Shown here: piece by piece, positions 12,001 through 24,354 of the stretch
Numbering within the stretch: position 1 is the stretch's first letter
Layout: every line of letters starts with the position of its first letter
DNA from: Carpediemonas membranifera BICM
Lineage: Eukaryota > Protista > Fornicata
NCBI GenBank assembly: GCA_019828565.1
Contig: JAHDYR010000038.1
Coordinates: forward strand, 512,735 to 576,734
DNA: 64,000 nucleotides
Direction: 5' to 3'
Position numbers and translations under genes: made by a program
Notes under the pieces: model-generated
What the model saw: the letters and a program-made list of their open reading frames with translations, nothing else
Told to the model about the DNA's origin: nothing
The model's database searches: none

Positions 12001-12255
12001 CCCATCCCGGACATGGGCGCGATGGTGGCCCTCCGTGAGATCCACTTCTCCAGCAACCGCCTCTCTGGCCCCTTCCCAGAGGACGTCCTGACCCTCCTCC
12101 CCAACAACGCTGGACAGAACCCGCTGTTTGAGATCCGTAACGCCTGCAACCACGTCACCGCGCCCAGCTCAGGCTTCTGGGACGAGCTGTCGACCAAGCT
12201 GCTTGAGCTTGTCCTCGAGGGTGATGAGTGCACATATTGCAGCGCTGAGATTTGA
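9067..12255 (+). CDS. Secreted cysteine-rich protein with PSI-like repeats and C-terminal LRRs
   Basis: Signal peptide (MKRPIVFLLVLLSLLAAVMA); many CxxC...WC repeats; LRR N-cap (PCAWHGVSC) and LxLxxNxLxGxIP repeats. Confidence 0.88.
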   Translation: MKRPIVFLLVLLSLLAAVMAAESCSSFSPHHCTTSRGCSWCASENQCFPIGADCPVDLSECAYCTLDGDYYCTTETDAFCTSRAGCDALRADVKSCDLHANTATCTQCLDIPNAVWCPDPGSFCFSKLDKAAAQTCKQLTGSSATISDPPACAIASETCSTCLLNDGVWCDVINSCISATDSDSCSLCEAKGGVCRAETCEDQPTSSSYTMNATSLDAPGVISVQSVDRLGECVDCIVKGLTWCLFPGVTTDRCLADDSTCTTAGGYVIESCNIPAYSCYECVILDSPHIWCPENAVEQQCVPAPVGCDGGATYWSVTPQQCVCIGCVTNDDSNLAAYCDGDYVGCYDDPFECQLPLTSPVTPQMCMTPCTQCFAGSNLVCVSPTNDPYCVADSTAGAARCSSHGGVLVDNCDENCETCTTNERAWCIRADDPDFQYCAQSCEDGDIVVNAGSCAFIDHDECGTCTNDGGEWCVSTGLCMDSEATETTCPEDPVTFPCECLGGCVEGPVEDKSCVWCVFADDNLNHYTETEVDCLTEGGYAAKSCGCGLECQSAGGICCVSCEGEDICVSPGDSDRCILDDMVPIGSLGLYSAIPCLECLCADDEVYCPDALMCVEGDFCDAGSTVAQKKDCFTCEQCVLLNEYTPARFCAESFSNIGCVTNQWPSDSEACNEVFCEVTCETCVDENHVWCTDPDRGSSLCTTADACSSLGGIASSILDDCHPSCCEECADDETCECECVPICPYDQCDECIADPLCSWCGAEVTGVPGVCIPDTLAETCNETLYTEICPATGVICDIQEDCPACTEGGCDWCVADCLCSEEGACSIPGTVVTDPAECDPEIDLDAVCGGLTELEMLRDVFYPSLNGDQWSDNSLWGVGETPCAWHGVSCSGGHVITIELSDNNLSGAIPPQIACLEYLKTLDLSHNSIGGIIPPELTAMTNLKYLFLNDNQLRGPLPSFDLWTALQYAYFEENCLCGPIPDMGAMVALREIHFSSNRLSGPFPEDVLTLLPNNAGQNPLFEIRNACNHVTAPSSGFWDELSTKLLELVLEGDECTYCSAEI

Positions 12256-13666
12256 TACGGATCTGTTAAATGAGCTGTGATGATCGAGGACAGCACACGA
12301 TGTGTCCTTTTTGGAATTCAGTGGAGCACAGTGGCTGCAATACTGCTCAAACAGGCCTCGGGGGCCGACTGGTCGAGTTGGCCTGATAAGGAGCGGCCGA
12401 ATTTTGATGAGTTAAGTCAATGTGTACTTTGGACTCAATTATTCTAGTCCTGCGTGGCACATCTGGTGGTCGGTGGTAACATCGGTGGGCCTTGATCAGT
12501 TCAACGACAAGTTTTCGTATTTATTGCTGTTTCGATTAAAAAGTGGACAAGTTGTGTTGTTGATAACAGGTTATGGACATTATGAATGATGGAGACGTCG
12601 GCGTACAGTTGCCAGGGGGAGGCACCCCTCGCCCAGCAGACACGCGTACTCCGGTCCATAGCAAACCGTCACGTTGTGTTGGTCAACAATGTGGTGACGT
12701 TGTTGGTCATGACGCCCCATGCCTTGGTGATGTCATTCAGCGCGGACCACAATTCTGACTGCAAAAAGAAAGTCGGACAATCGTTCTTGTCGTCATTGTA
12801 GACCTTGCTAAAGCCGGTATCGGAACCGACAGTTCTATCGTTTGTCCAGGCTTTGACAGAGAAGTCCCAAGATTCGGCGGTTGTCGCACTCAAGGAGATC
12901 GCCGGCGGAGGCCATCCACTCGCCAGTCTCGTGAGCAAACAGAAAGTGCATGCCGGGGATGTAAGAGGCGGTATAGTCATCAATAGCAACATATTCATCG
13001 GCACGGTCGACACGACTGCAGTGAAGTCGTTGATAGAAGATCGGGAAAGTGATCATCATTGATGATCATTGGCTGACGATACGGCGAGGTATATTGTTGA
13101 ATCTCAACGTTGAAGCTAATTGATAACATAGTGGGCGTGCTCTTTTGCGAGCTGAAGCATTTCCATCAGATTAGGCATCAATTCATCTCTCTCTGTGAAT
13201 TCGGAGGAGGATGGCGAGAAATGGCGGTGATAATGGCCGCTATGACCACACTTCAGCAGTTTGTCCATTCAAGATGACAGGGGAGCAAGAATTTGGTGCT
13301 TCATTTGTTCATCCGAAATCTCACGATCTTGATCACCAGGTTATGGCGCGCCAGGACCCGTGATGGTGTACAGTGGAAAGTTACCAACTATCGACACAAT
13401 GGCTCGACACCAGCAATTTCTTCTTCTTCGATGGCTTGCCCTTCCCGAGAGGTTGCGACTTCGGTGGCATGCCGGTCGTTCTCTAAGTAGGCCACGGGAG
13501 AAGCCCTCAGCGAGACTACCAGGCGTTATGCATGCCCCAATGTCACTGATCTCTTCAGATCGTTTTTGTTTTCTTGATTCTGATTGATACGAAAGTAGGA
13601 TTGAGTGCATCTGACCACAGGATTTCGTGTCTCGGATTCCAAGACATCAATCGTCAAAGAATAGTC

Positions 13667-14252
13667 ATGAACTTCATCGTTGCTCTTCTTCTTGTTGCAA
13701 TTGCCAGCTGCGTCGTCATCCAGCCACTTACCTTCCCCACGATGGGTGAGATGCTTGCTGTTGGCGAGAAGCACAATATCACTTGTTCGTAGCGCTCGTA
13801 CAACGTCACACAGGGGACACTGGCCACTACAGTGGCGACTCCGTCTCCATCTGGATCAACTTCAACAGCACCGACGCTCAGGACCAGTTCGAGAACACCA
13901 ACGGCAACTTCAACTTCGTTCGTCACACATTTCTTTGATCACACAGACCTGCGTCGAAAACGACGGCTTCCAGGACCTCGACATGACCATCCCGACCGAC
14001 GACATCCAGAAGGTCGTTGACGAGATCACCAAGGCTTTCGGCCTTCCCGACGTCGACATGACCTGGGTCATTGACTCCCTCATCTCCACGATCAACGCCA
14101 TCCCCATGGACGAGCGCAACATGACCATCTCCATCACCCCCTGCAACCAGAACGACGTCGTCTACTTCGAGTCCTACGCCTACCTCTCGGCTGCCCCCAA
14201 GGTCTTCGTCGCCCTCGCCACCGTCCTCCTGGCTATGCTCTTCGTGTTCTAA
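13667..14252 (+). CDS. Small secreted, probably GPI-anchored protein; two 29-nt introns (13785-13813, 13918-13946)
   Basis: Removing two GTTCGT...ACACAG introns gives a 175-aa ORF: signal peptide, FPTMGE..VGEKHNITWD, hydrophobic C-terminus. Confidence 0.8.
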
Positions 14253-14942
14253 GTCGTAAATATGTGATGCTTCCGTCGCCGGTGTGATACAAGGTGGAAT
14301 CGATTGCTTCGATGACCTTCGAGGGGGGTTAGCTCTTCCTCTGCTTAGTGCAGGCTATTGGCGCTGCAATAGCCAGGAAATACTGTTCCCCGCCGAGATT
14401 CAGCATACTGCCAGGTCGCGCTAAACTGCACGCTTCGCTGAAGACAGTGTGACGCCGTCATCGTGACTGATTCGCAGAATAAGGTCGGGATGTGCAGTTT
14501 AGTGCAAATGCTGCTAGGTCCCCCGTTAGAGTCCAGTCAGGTCTGATCATAAGAACTGTGGATATGAGCAGCAGCAACAACGGCACAACAGCAGCCGTCA
14601 TGTCGCTGACCTGCACAAGATCGCACAACGAATTTCAGGTTTTGGTCGTGTCGCAAAATTCTCCGCTTGGGTTTCCGCGGCCCAGCTGACGGGTCAACTG
14701 ACCCACCTGACCCTCCCTGCTGCGGTGAATAAACTGCCGTCTTCTCGAACATCCAGAAGTACATTGGTCGAGTACTGTCGAAATTCGCAGACAAAAGCAG
14801 CTATGCAGGGTGAATTTACCCACACTGGCCCGTCAGATACGGTCTCGTGCAAGATCGTGAGCGAGATTGGTGAGATCGTATCCTGCACAAGAATACCATC
14901 CCGAACATGTACAACGGCGAGCTGCTTGGAGATGAAGTCCAG

Positions 14943-15728
14943 ATGAACGCAAATGAAGAAAATGGCACTAAGACGCCTCAAAATGCTTTCCTGAACGATG
15001 AGATGGAAGGGATCACGCTCACCGATAACTCCATCCCCCACCAGATGATCGACCTCCCCGAGAATCTCTCTGACCTTCCCGACTTTCAAAAAGAGAACAG
15101 AAATGTTCTCCGCGTCATTCTGTCTCCTGGCGAGCAGATGATCGCGATCAAAGACTCGATGCTCTCCTACATCGGCTCTCTCAAGTTCAAACACAAGGGG
15201 AAGACCATGAAGAAGGTCCTGGCCATGGCACTCACTCCTGATGCCCATGTTCCCCTGATGACTGTCACCAACTACTCTGAGACCGAGCACGCAGCCATAT
15301 TCTTCTCCCGCGGCCGTCACGTAATTCCCATGACTCTGAACGGGTCGATAATCGTCAACTCGAACTCTCTACTCTGCTTTGACCCCGTTATTGACTACGA
15401 GATCAAGATGATGAAGAGCGTCAAAACAATCGTTCGTTCCGGTCTCTTCCAGCTCTTCCTTAACGGACAAGGGAGGGTCGCACTTGTCGCCCCAACCATC
15501 CCCATCACCATGCGAGTCAAGCCCGACAGACCTGTCAGAGTTGACGTCAACTGCGCAGTCGCTTGGTCGGCATCACTCGATTTCACTTTCAAGTTTAACT
15601 TTACGAAAAAGGACTTCATCGGTCTGGGGTCTGGAGAGCAGATCCAGCTCGAGTTCTCAGGCGATGGCTTCGTGATGGTCGCAGCTACAGCCAAAGCACC
15701 CGTACTCGGCGGCTCCACGCGTGGCTAA
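14943..15728 (+). CDS. AIM24 (TRAP-like) family protein
   Basis: LSPGEQMIAIKDSMLSY, GLFQLFLNGQGRVAL, VDVNCAVAWS, GSGEQIQLEFSGDGFVMV; start codon uncertain (14907 or 14943). Confidence 0.75.
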   Translation: MNANEENGTKTPQNAFLNDEMEGITLTDNSIPHQMIDLPENLSDLPDFQKENRNVLRVILSPGEQMIAIKDSMLSYIGSLKFKHKGKTMKKVLAMALTPDAHVPLMTVTNYSETEHAAIFFSRGRHVIPMTLNGSIIVNSNSLLCFDPVIDYEIKMMKSVKTIVRSGLFQLFLNGQGRVALVAPTIPITMRVKPDRPVRVDVNCAVAWSASLDFTFKFNFTKKDFIGLGSGEQIQLEFSGDGFVMVAATAKAPVLGGSTRG

Positions 15729-15772
15729 ACGTAGTAAACTAACCCATTAAACACTTATAGTATGGAAGTAGA

Positions 15773-17380
15773 TCACAGCAATCTCGATGTTGGCCCTTCC
15801 GTGCTGGGTCCACGTGTCGCCAGCCTATTTGCGACATACAGAAAGATAAGTTTATGATTGAGGGGTTGGGTCGATGTCGACCGGGATGATGTATGTCCAC
15901 CTTTTGGGAGCCTTGCACTTGACAAGCTCAGCCACCCCATCTGACTCATCCACCCATTCGAACCACTGGCCGGTGGGGCCGCAGAAGCGGAGGGGGAATT
16001 TGCTGAACGCTGTCGCCTCAATAGGAACCATGGTAAGATTGTCATCGTCGTTGCAGCAGTGGGTTAGACCCTCAGTGACCCAGACCATCCGATTGAAGGC
16101 ACAGAAGAACCCCTTGACCCTCTCTGGGAGCCGGAGCGGGGTGGGTGTGAGGCAGAGGTCGTCCTCACGGCATCGAGGCAGCAGGCCCGACTGGGCGATA
16201 TGAGGGAGAACTCCACCAGCGAATAGCAGTTGGCGGCCACTGAGGAAGACGTTGAATTCATATTCAGAGGTCATGATCCGGTCGACCCTGAAGGGCAGGT
16301 CGACGAAGCCAGAGGTCTCATCCTCGTGCCCGAGTCCCAGCTGGCCTGTTGCCCCCGCTGATCACATGACGATCGCCCATGGAGAGGATTACAGTCCAGA
16401 TATCATGCATGATGTGATCTGGGACAAAGCTAGTGGGCACAGCGACTGGATGGAAGAAGTATCTACTCTCCTCCTCGACTGGGCCGACATACCATTCTGG
16501 ATGTCCACCAGCCATGACAGTGCCGACCGAAGAGAGGAGAACGTCCGATCTCTCTTCATCGACACACCAGACACCATACTGTGCTTCTCCCAGGTGGGCA
16601 GGCTGGCCTCGAGCGCGGCGACCTTGGGGCAGGCGGGGAAGGTGAGGCGGGTCGGGTCGTTGAACCTAAATGACTGGAACCCAAGCTGGCTACGTCCGTT
16701 AGTGCCCCAGCCCCACAGGCCCTTGGGTGTCCTGGTGATGTGGCTGAACCCGTCGTTGTAGACATCGAGGGCCCTGGGCATCCTGGCCCTGGTGAGGGCG
16801 GTGTGCTTGGCAGTGTCGAGCATGAATAGGCGGCCCATGTACATGCGGTGGTGGTAACATCTGTCGTGCCCAGGGCTCTGATAGCTCTCGCCGTCCTTCT
16901 CGGCGACGTTCAGCGTGAAGAAGAACTTGCGGCAGAGGAACCAGAGGCACTTGGCCTCGGGGGTGAGAGTCTTGCGGATCTTGTCGTGCATCTCGGTATT
17001 GTATGGAAACCTCTTTTGAGCCTCCTCCAGCACCCTGTCCTCGAGGTCGGGGTTGGCCCCGCCACCCACCAGACACGCCCACACCACGCCCTGGTTCAGC
17101 GTGTGCAGGGCAACCGGGAGCTCCTCGCCATCCGCGAGCTCGACGTTCATGGACAGTGGGGGGCCGCTGGTGAGGATCGAGCGGGCGCGGTCGAGGAGGG
17201 CTTGCGCGGATGGTTTGAGAGGGGGCAGCTTGGAGAGCGTGGCGATGAGGGATTCGAGAGAAGCGACGCTCGTTGGTGTAGAAGTGCTCTTGTTGTTGTG
17301 GATCGAGGGCATCTGCCCGTCGAAGTGCCTGACGTAGGCGCACTGGATCAAGGATGGGATGTCCCCGGAGATGGAGGCCG
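15773..17380 (-). pseudogene. RCC1-repeat-like family member, frameshifted
   Basis: TPKGLWGWGTNGRSQLG RCC1-like motif; coding sequence split over several frames; no ATG at the expected start. Confidence 0.55.
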
Positions 17381-18199
17381 TTACAACGAGCGAGGCGCGG
17401 AATGCGGTGATCAGCGCATCTCAGATGGCAGATGGCGAGGAACTAGCGCTGCTCATTGGTTTCAGCGCTCAGTTGCCCAAATTCTGACTGCCGTCTCGCC
17501 GACCGCCAACGCCACCCACCGCGAGCCGCGAGGCACGACCCCAGCGGCCACAGATCCAGTCAAGTCTGCAGTCAGAGTCGGCGTGAGTCACATTCGCATC
17601 AGCAATGCCAGATCTGTCTCCCAACCAGCCAAGGCCTCGAGTTGAGTCCAACGCCCGACTCCATTCAAATTTTCACAGCCTACAGCCTCTGCTCGAGTGC
17701 GCTGACAACATCGCAGACGCGGATATCGTTAGTGTCTCCCGCAAACGCCACAAATCTCGCAGAAGACAGGCCCAGCGAACCAAGGATCTCGCCCGACAGA
17801 AATCTGTGCTTCAGTATTGCGGCGTACACTCATCACGCGCACCTGACACGAGACGACCGTGGTTGACCGCTTATTGACTGTGACTTGTGGATGAGTCTTT
17901 GACAAGGAGAGAGCGGTACTGGAGCTTTCCTCGAAGGATTGCGGTAATCCGAAGCAGACAGTCATTTTGTTATAGTATAGCGTACCTAGATATAATCTTG
18001 TTAAACACACACAGTTGAGGAGAATGTCTCTTGCGGGAGGCAGTGTATCGATGTGACAGGTCGACGTCTGAGTCTCATTCTCGCGCCGCCTCTTGCAGGC
18101 CGTTAAGCCGGTTAGATTCAGGTTGATCTTGTATATGGCCAGGTATGTAACATGTAACTCGTAAATCAATGGCAGATCGTCTGAGAACAAGTGTTGCCA

Positions 18200-20032
18200 A
18201 TGTCCGAGCAGCTTGATCCGTCCAAGTACCGCGAAAACCGCATCAACCAGGTCAAGAGCATGATGGCTGAGAATGTGGAGGCCTATCCCCACAAGTACCC
18301 CCCTCAGGTTGAAGGCGAAACCAGAGATCTCACTCCCGTCCCCGAGATCAACTTCCTTTGCGGCGATGTTGCTGCTGAGGGTGCTGAGGAGTGCTCTGTT
18401 CTTGAGAATGGCCACATCGTCATCCCCAACGGCCAGATCTTCGAGGCCAAGACCTTCTGGGTTGCCGGCCGCGTGGTCAACAAGCGTTCTTCTGGCAAGG
18501 CCATCTACTTCTACGATCTTCAGGGCGACTTCTACGGCGGCAAGGATGCCACACCCGGCGTTCCCCTGACGTCTCTCCTCCCCAACCCTGACGGCGAGGG
18601 TGTCATCGACATCTCCCGCATCCAGATCTTCGCGTGGAAGAACTACTGGGAGAACAAGACCCCCGGCGCGTTCAAGGCGTTCCACGACTCCGTCCGCCGC
18701 GGTGATATCGTCGGCATGCGTGGCCACGCCGGCCGCACCAAGAACGGCCAGCTCTCCGTGTACGTCAAGGAGATGACCATCCTCGCCCCCTGCCTCCAGA
18801 TGATGCCCCAGAACGTTGTCGGCAAGGAGATGTTTACGGACAAGGAGACTCGCTACCGCATGCGCTACCTCGACCTCATGGTCAACTCCAAGGTCCGCGA
18901 CACCATGCGCGCCCGCAGCCGCATCGTCTCTGCCCTCCGCACGTTCCTTGATGAGCGCGGCTTCCTTGAGGTCGAGACCCCGATGATGAACGCCATCCCC
19001 GGTGGTGCCACCGCGAGACCATTCGTCACCCACCACAACCACCACGACATCGACCTCTTCATGCGTATCGCCCCCGAGCTTTACCTTAAGATGCTCGTTG
19101 TCGGCGGCATGGAGAAGGTCTACGAGATGGGCCGCCAGTTCCGTAACGAGTCCGCCGACTTGACCCACAACCCCGAGTTCACCACTCTGGAGTTCTACTG
19201 GGCCTACGCGGACTACAACGACCTCATCACCCTCACCGAGGAGCTCCTTGAGAGCATGGCGCTGATGATCCATGGTAAGACCGAGTTCGTCTACCACCCC
19301 GCGGATGGGCCGTACGCCAAGACCGGCAAGACCATCTCCTTCAAGCGCCCGTTCAAGCGCGTCTCGTTCATGGACGGCATCCAGGAGGGTGTCTTCGCTG
19401 AGGTCGACGCGCTCATCGCCGAGCAGGGTCTCACCGACGAGGCCGAGATCGCGGCCCTTCGCGAGGCTAACACCCTTCCCTCCCTCGCTTTTGCCAACTC
19501 TGATGCCGAGGAGGCCGGCCGCCTCCGCCTTGTGGAGATCTGCAAGGCCCGCCACATCCCCTGCGAGGAGCCCCACACGATCCCCCGCCTCCTGGACAAG
19601 ATGGCCGAGAAGTACATCGAGAACAACGCCTGGGACCCCGTCTTCCTCTGCGACCACCCCGAGATCATGTCGCCCCTGGCCAAGTACCACCGCGCCAAGC
19701 CGGGCCAGACGGAGCGCTTCGAGCTGCTCGTCTGCCAGCACGAGCTTCTCAATGCATACACGGAGCTCAACAACCCCGTTGTCCAGCGTACCAGGTTCGA
19801 GGAGCAGGCCGCGCAGAAGGCGGCAGGCGACGACGAGGCGATGTACGCCGACCAGACGTTCCTCAACTCCCTGGAGTATGCCCTGCCTCCCACTGCCGGC
19901 TGGGGCATCGGTGTGGACCGCCTTGTGATGTTCCTGATGGATCAGTGCTCGATCAGAGAGGTCCTGCTCTTCCCGCTCATGAAGCCGGAGATTGCCCGCC
20001 GCGAGGAGGAGAACGTCAACCAGGAGGAGTAA
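18200..20032 (+). CDS. KARS: Lysyl-tRNA synthetase, class II
   Basis: OB-fold (RRGDIVG), [57 protein letters not shown]. Confidence 0.97.
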   Translation: MSEQLDPSKYRENRINQVKSMMAENVEAYPHKYPPQVEGETRDLTPVPEINFLCGDVAAEGAEECSVLENGHIVIPNGQIFEAKTFWVAGRVVNKRSSGKAIYFYDLQGDFYGGKDATPGVPLTSLLPNPDGEGVIDISRIQIFAWKNYWENKTPGAFKAFHDSVRRGDIVGMRGHAGRTKNGQLSVYVKEMTILAPCLQMMPQNVVGKEMFTDKETRYRMRYLDLMVNSKVRDTMRARSRIVSALRTFLDERGFLEVETPMMNAIPGGATARPFVTHHNHHDIDLFMRIAPELYLKMLVVGGMEKVYEMGRQFRNESADLTHNPEFTTLEFYWAYADYNDLITLTEELLESMALMIHGKTEFVYHPADGPYAKTGKTISFKRPFKRVSFMDGIQEGVFAEVDALIAEQGLTDEAEIAALREANTLPSLAFANSDAEEAGRLRLVEICKARHIPCEEPHTIPRLLDKMAEKYIENNAWDPVFLCDHPEIMSPLAKYHRAKPGQTERFELLVCQHELLNAYTELNNPVVQRTRFEEQAAQKAAGDDEAMYADQTFLNSLEYALPPTAGWGIGVDRLVMFLMDQCSIREVLLFPLMKPEIARREEENVNQEE

Positions 20033-20233
20033 ACATCATTCGGTTAGCTGGTTGTTAATATATCACGGAGTGAGGGTGATTACGTCGTTATGCGCGAGAA
20101 TTTGTTGGCATTTCACGTATTTAGTCCATCTCCATCACGCAGCCATTTTCGTCTATAAACGTGCCTTGGCATTGGCCAGCAGATGGGGGTTGGTGGGACC
20201 TGCGACGGCCCTGCCGGGCTGAAAGTTGGCCCA

Positions 20234-20329
20234 TGTGGTATTTACATGACTATGTAGACGCAGTTAGAGCCATTATCACCGCGTAGGAGGTATACCCCTT
20301 AAACACTTCACACTTGTTTCCAGACTTCA
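20234..20329 (+). repeat. Element A 5' LTR (96 bp)
   Basis: Identical to 55761-55856. Confidence 0.95.
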
Positions 20330-20351
20330 GTAATTACTACGGTTTGACGCA

Positions 20352-21395
20352 ATGGGAGAAGACGTAACGATAGGTCCACCGATGAAGGACCTCACGATCG
20401 AAGAGTATATGCGAGTACGAGACATCTACGACGAGTACAGCCTGGAGGCAGACGACGGCAAGCACCGTAAGCCTTTTCACTCCCTGGTCAAGCCTGCGTT
20501 GAAGAGACAGGTTTTACGCGAGACAGGGAAGTCCAGGATCGACGAGTTCGTGGAGCCGACATGTGCGACGAACGGTAACGGATCGGTGTCGACTCAGCAG
20601 TACATGAAGCATCAAGACGACGTCAAGAAGGCACGACGCGCACACCAGAAGAAGGAGGACGCATTTTGGAAGAAGAGCATAGAAGAGCTCGTCCTACCCA
20701 CTGAAGTGTTCGCACGGACGCAGCTTTGACGAATGGACCTGAGAAGAGCGTAAGCGAAGTGCTCAACAGGATTTCAGCGAGAGCGGCGGTGTTGTTCCAG
20801 AAGATAGAGGACATCCCGATAGATGCAACGAAGAGGCTGATCTTGGAGGCGTGCAAGCACGAAGGACAACACGCAATACTCCAGGGCGTCGTTGACGCAT
20901 GCACTGACTCAGCCGGAGTCATGCAATCAGTAATGCTGTGGGAGAGGAAGAAGCGCGAGGCAATGAAGCAGTTTGGGCTGTTGGAGCCCCCACATCGTCT
21001 ACATCGAAGAAAGACGTGCAGAAGCAAGAGCAGGGGCAGAAGAAGTTGCACTGCTATAACTGCGGGGTGGGGCCACATGGCCAAGGACTGCCCAGAGCCG
21101 AAGATAGCCGGAGGCACCCGTCGCTGTTATCGGTGTGGTAAGGTGGGGCACGTCGCGAAGGACTGTCCGGACGCCAGTAAACCCGATCAGTGTTTAGTCT
21201 TTGCCTCGGGGGTGGAAAGCAAGGTTTGGGAGTGCAGCATGAGTGTCGGGCTGAAGGAGCATGTGGTGCGGCTCGATACTTGTGCTAGCAGCAATTTCAT
21301 CCCGCCGGAGTTGGCCAGAGAGTGGGGCATCCGGACGAAGTGGGCCGACCGGTGGGTCAAGCTGGGCGACAACTCGACGGCGAGAGTGCTGACGG
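20352..21395 (+). CDS. Element A gag and N-terminal part of protease (frameshifted; interrupted by B)
   Basis: CCHC knuckles (CYRCGKVGHVAKDC); protease motif RLDTCAS; resumes in frame at 52702 (RVLT|GGSKKV). Confidence 0.85.
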
Positions 21396-21445
21396 TGTGG
21401 CGTTGGCTTAAAGCAAAAAGGTGTTTATCAATTGATTACTCCACA
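21396..21445 (-). repeat. Element B 3' LTR (50 bp)
   Basis: Identical to 52648-52697. Confidence 0.93.
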
Positions 21446-24354
21446 CTGCCCTCCCTGAGCAGCCGAGGGTGCTTCGTCAGGTAAGCTTTGGCGGCCGGCG
21501 TATGTGCAAGCGCCTCGACTGGCTCTGTCGTAATCGCGTCGGACCCGACCCAGCGGACCTTGAGTAAACCGTCGCGGGTGTGACCCACGATCTTATCTAC
21601 GAACCACTCTTCTTGGTCGCTCGAAGCGAGGTAAGCGAGCTCGCTCTCTTTGAGATCCGTCTTAAGAGGTATAAGGTGAGACAGGTGCACTGTCCGTCGT
21701 GTCGGTGTTGACTGCCCTTTGTCGGCGAGGAGCGGTGTTACGACGGCATTGTAATCGTGCACTGTGACGACCTTGAATGGGCCTGCGTGACCGTGGAGCT
21801 TGGTCTCTTGAATATTCTTTCGAAGCACGAAGTCTCCTGGCTTCAGTTTGGTCTTCGTGGGAGCCTCTGCCCTCCCTTCACGGTGGCGCTTGGCCTTCTC
21901 GTGAAGTTGCGCGGACCGAACGAGCTTGCTGAGTAGAGTGTCGGTCGTGGTGAGGTACTCTGCGACTGAGTGGAGGGGTTGTTGTCGGCGTAGTCCGAAG
22001 CATCTTTCGGGCGAATCACCTGCCGTGAGGCCGCCGCTGTGCCGTAAAGCAGCTCCATAGGGGTGAAGCCTGTCGTTGAGTGTGTCGTGGTGTTGAGGAT
22101 CCAGGCTACATAGGGGAGTATGTGGGTCGACCACTCGGAGAACTTGTCGAATTCGAGGGCTAGTACCCTCATGTGACGTTTGATTTCTCTGTTGACCCGC
22201 TCGACCAGCCCGTTGGACTGTGGGTGGAAGGGTGTGGTCTTGTGGTGGCTGGCGTTGAGCCTCTCGATGAGACCGGTGACGATTCTGTTGGCATATTCCG
22301 GTCCACCGTCAGTGTGTAAGACCTCTGGAATCCCGTGCCGGCAAATGATGGACCAGATGGCCGCCGCGGCCGAGTCGGCGTTGTTAGAAGGCGATGGTAT
22401 GAGCTCGGTAAACCTGGTGAACATGTCGGTGACTACGACTACGTAACGGTTACCGGCTGTGTCCTGACTGATGGGCCCGAGCGTGTCGACAGCGATCCTG
22501 GCGAAGGGCGCGTTGCTCGTGGTGGTGCCTATCTTCACCTTCAGAAAGTTCTTGAGTCTGGTCTTCTGGCAGATCAGACATGAGTCGATAGCTGTACTGA
22601 CGCTCTGCTCGAGGTTAGGCCAGTCCATGCCGCGGTCCCTGATCGCCTGAGCGGACTTCTTGACGCCCATGTGGAAACGATGACCCTCGCGTAGGGCTGC
22701 GGGCCGGCATGCAGCCGGGACGAAGATCCTGCCGCGGTAGCGGATGATCCCGTCGTTGTCAGTTGTGCAATGCTTTGACGGCTTCTCCTCTGGGTGGTCC
22801 TTCTGCGCAGCTATGACTGTCTCACGCAGTGTCTCAAGTGCGACCTCCTCTATGTCTGTCGGAACGTCGAACGGGTATCGCGATAGGAAATCAGCCGTGA
22901 CGTTGTCTGACCCTGCGAGGTGCTCAATAGTGAAGTGGAACTCAAGCAGCGTCATGAGCCATCTGCGATGCTTTCGGTTCGTCGCCGCTTTTGCGTGTAA
23001 TGCGACTAAATTCTTGTGGTCGGTCCTGACTGTAAGGTCCGGGTGTCCGATGAATAGTGGCTGAAGGTCTGGCCTTGTCAGGCAGTAGACTAGAGCAAAG
23101 AGCTCTTGGTCATAGGTTGACCATCTGCGCTGGACGTCCGAGAACGCCTTGCTGAAATAACTGACGACTCTCCAGCTGCCCTGTTCTAGCTGTAGCAGGA
23201 TCCCACCCGCGCCTACGAGGCTGGCGTCTGTCTCGAGCCTCCATGGGAGCGATATGTCCGGTATGGCGAGCGTCTTCGCGTCTGCAAGTGCGTGGAGAAC
23301 CTTCTCGAGCGCGTCCTTCTGAGCCTGGCCCCACTTGACGGTAGCGTCCTTGCGGAGCAGCGCGTTAACGGGCTCGAGCAGCTCTTGGCTGGACGGTATG
23401 AACTCAGCAACATAGTTGATGTGACCAAGCACTTGGCGGACCCCGTGGACATTAGTCGGCCTCGGTAGATCGCGGATTGCGGCGATGCGTGTGGGTGTGG
23501 GGCGTCTGCCCTCCGATGAGATGATCTCACCCAGCGCATGTACCTCCTTGTACCCGAAGTGGCACTTCTCAAGCCGTAGTCTGATGTTGTGGTCCTTCAG
23601 GATGCTGAGTGTGGACTTGATGGTGGCTAGGAGCTCTTCAGGAGTGCTCGCGCCTCCCATTATGTCGTCTATATAGTTGCGGACTCGGTTGTCGTAGACG
23701 GGCCTGAGTGTCTGGGCTACGGCGCGCTGAAACTGCGCCGGCAGGTTACGAAGCCCGAAGGGGGCGAAGAGATACTCCTTGAACGCGCCTGGCACACGGA
23801 ACGCGGTGAGGTAGACATCATCGGGTCTAACGGGCATCTGATGGAAGCCCTGTCGTAAGTCCATGGTGAAGAAGTAGCTCGACCCGACAAGATCTTGGAC
23901 GAGGTGCTTGATGTCCGTCATGGGGAATGCGTCGGGGATCGTGTTCTTGTTGATGTCTCTGTAGTCGCAGCAGAGTCTCAGCGGCTTGCGCGTGGTTGCA
24001 TCTGAGCGGCGGTCGACGATGACCACTGGGCTGGCGACGTGTCCGTGGGCGTCTCTGATGATGCCCTGTGCCTCCAAGTCGGCGAGTTGTTGGTTGACCT
24101 CATCTCTCCAAGCAGGGCGAATAGGCCGCGCGGCAGCCTGTGGTAGGTAGGCCCCGGGAACGAGGTCGATCGTGGCATGTGGCAGCTTGGCGCCGCCTGG
24201 TGCAAGCTTGGGAAGGAAGACGGTGTCTCTGTACTTCTCCAGCTCGGACTCGAGCTCGTCCTTGAGGGGGAACTTCGGGTCTATGTCGAACGGAACGTGA
24301 TCGGGCTCATCCACCTCGTCGACGTATTCATGGAGGCGCGAAGAGTCGTAGAGG
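21436..24354 (-). CDS. Element B pol: RT, RNase H, integrase, chromodomain (one frameshift near 22000)
   Basis: DLRQGFHQ, PFGL, YIDD; LETDAS; HHCC; VDTLGP, TDGGPEY, HPQSNGLVER; chromodomain EWFVDKIVGH...VRWVG. Confidence 0.92.

Larger units (their letters stand above)
8936..17076 (+). repeat. Segmental duplication, copy 1 (copy 2 = 55857-64000, runs off the window)
   Basis: Near-identical sequence at an offset of 46921-46924; starts CCCAAACTGCCCGC in both copies. Confidence 0.97.

Noticed and set aside
12256-13666. 1.4 kb with short ORFs on both strands, possibly a decayed gene
   Set aside because: No recognisable motif or consistent frame, so I cannot support a call.
17729-19741. 670-aa ORF antisense to LysRS (also 52680-54173, 11236-12153 and similar)
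   Set aside because: Shadow ORFs caused by strong GC3 codon bias on the sense gene; no motifs.
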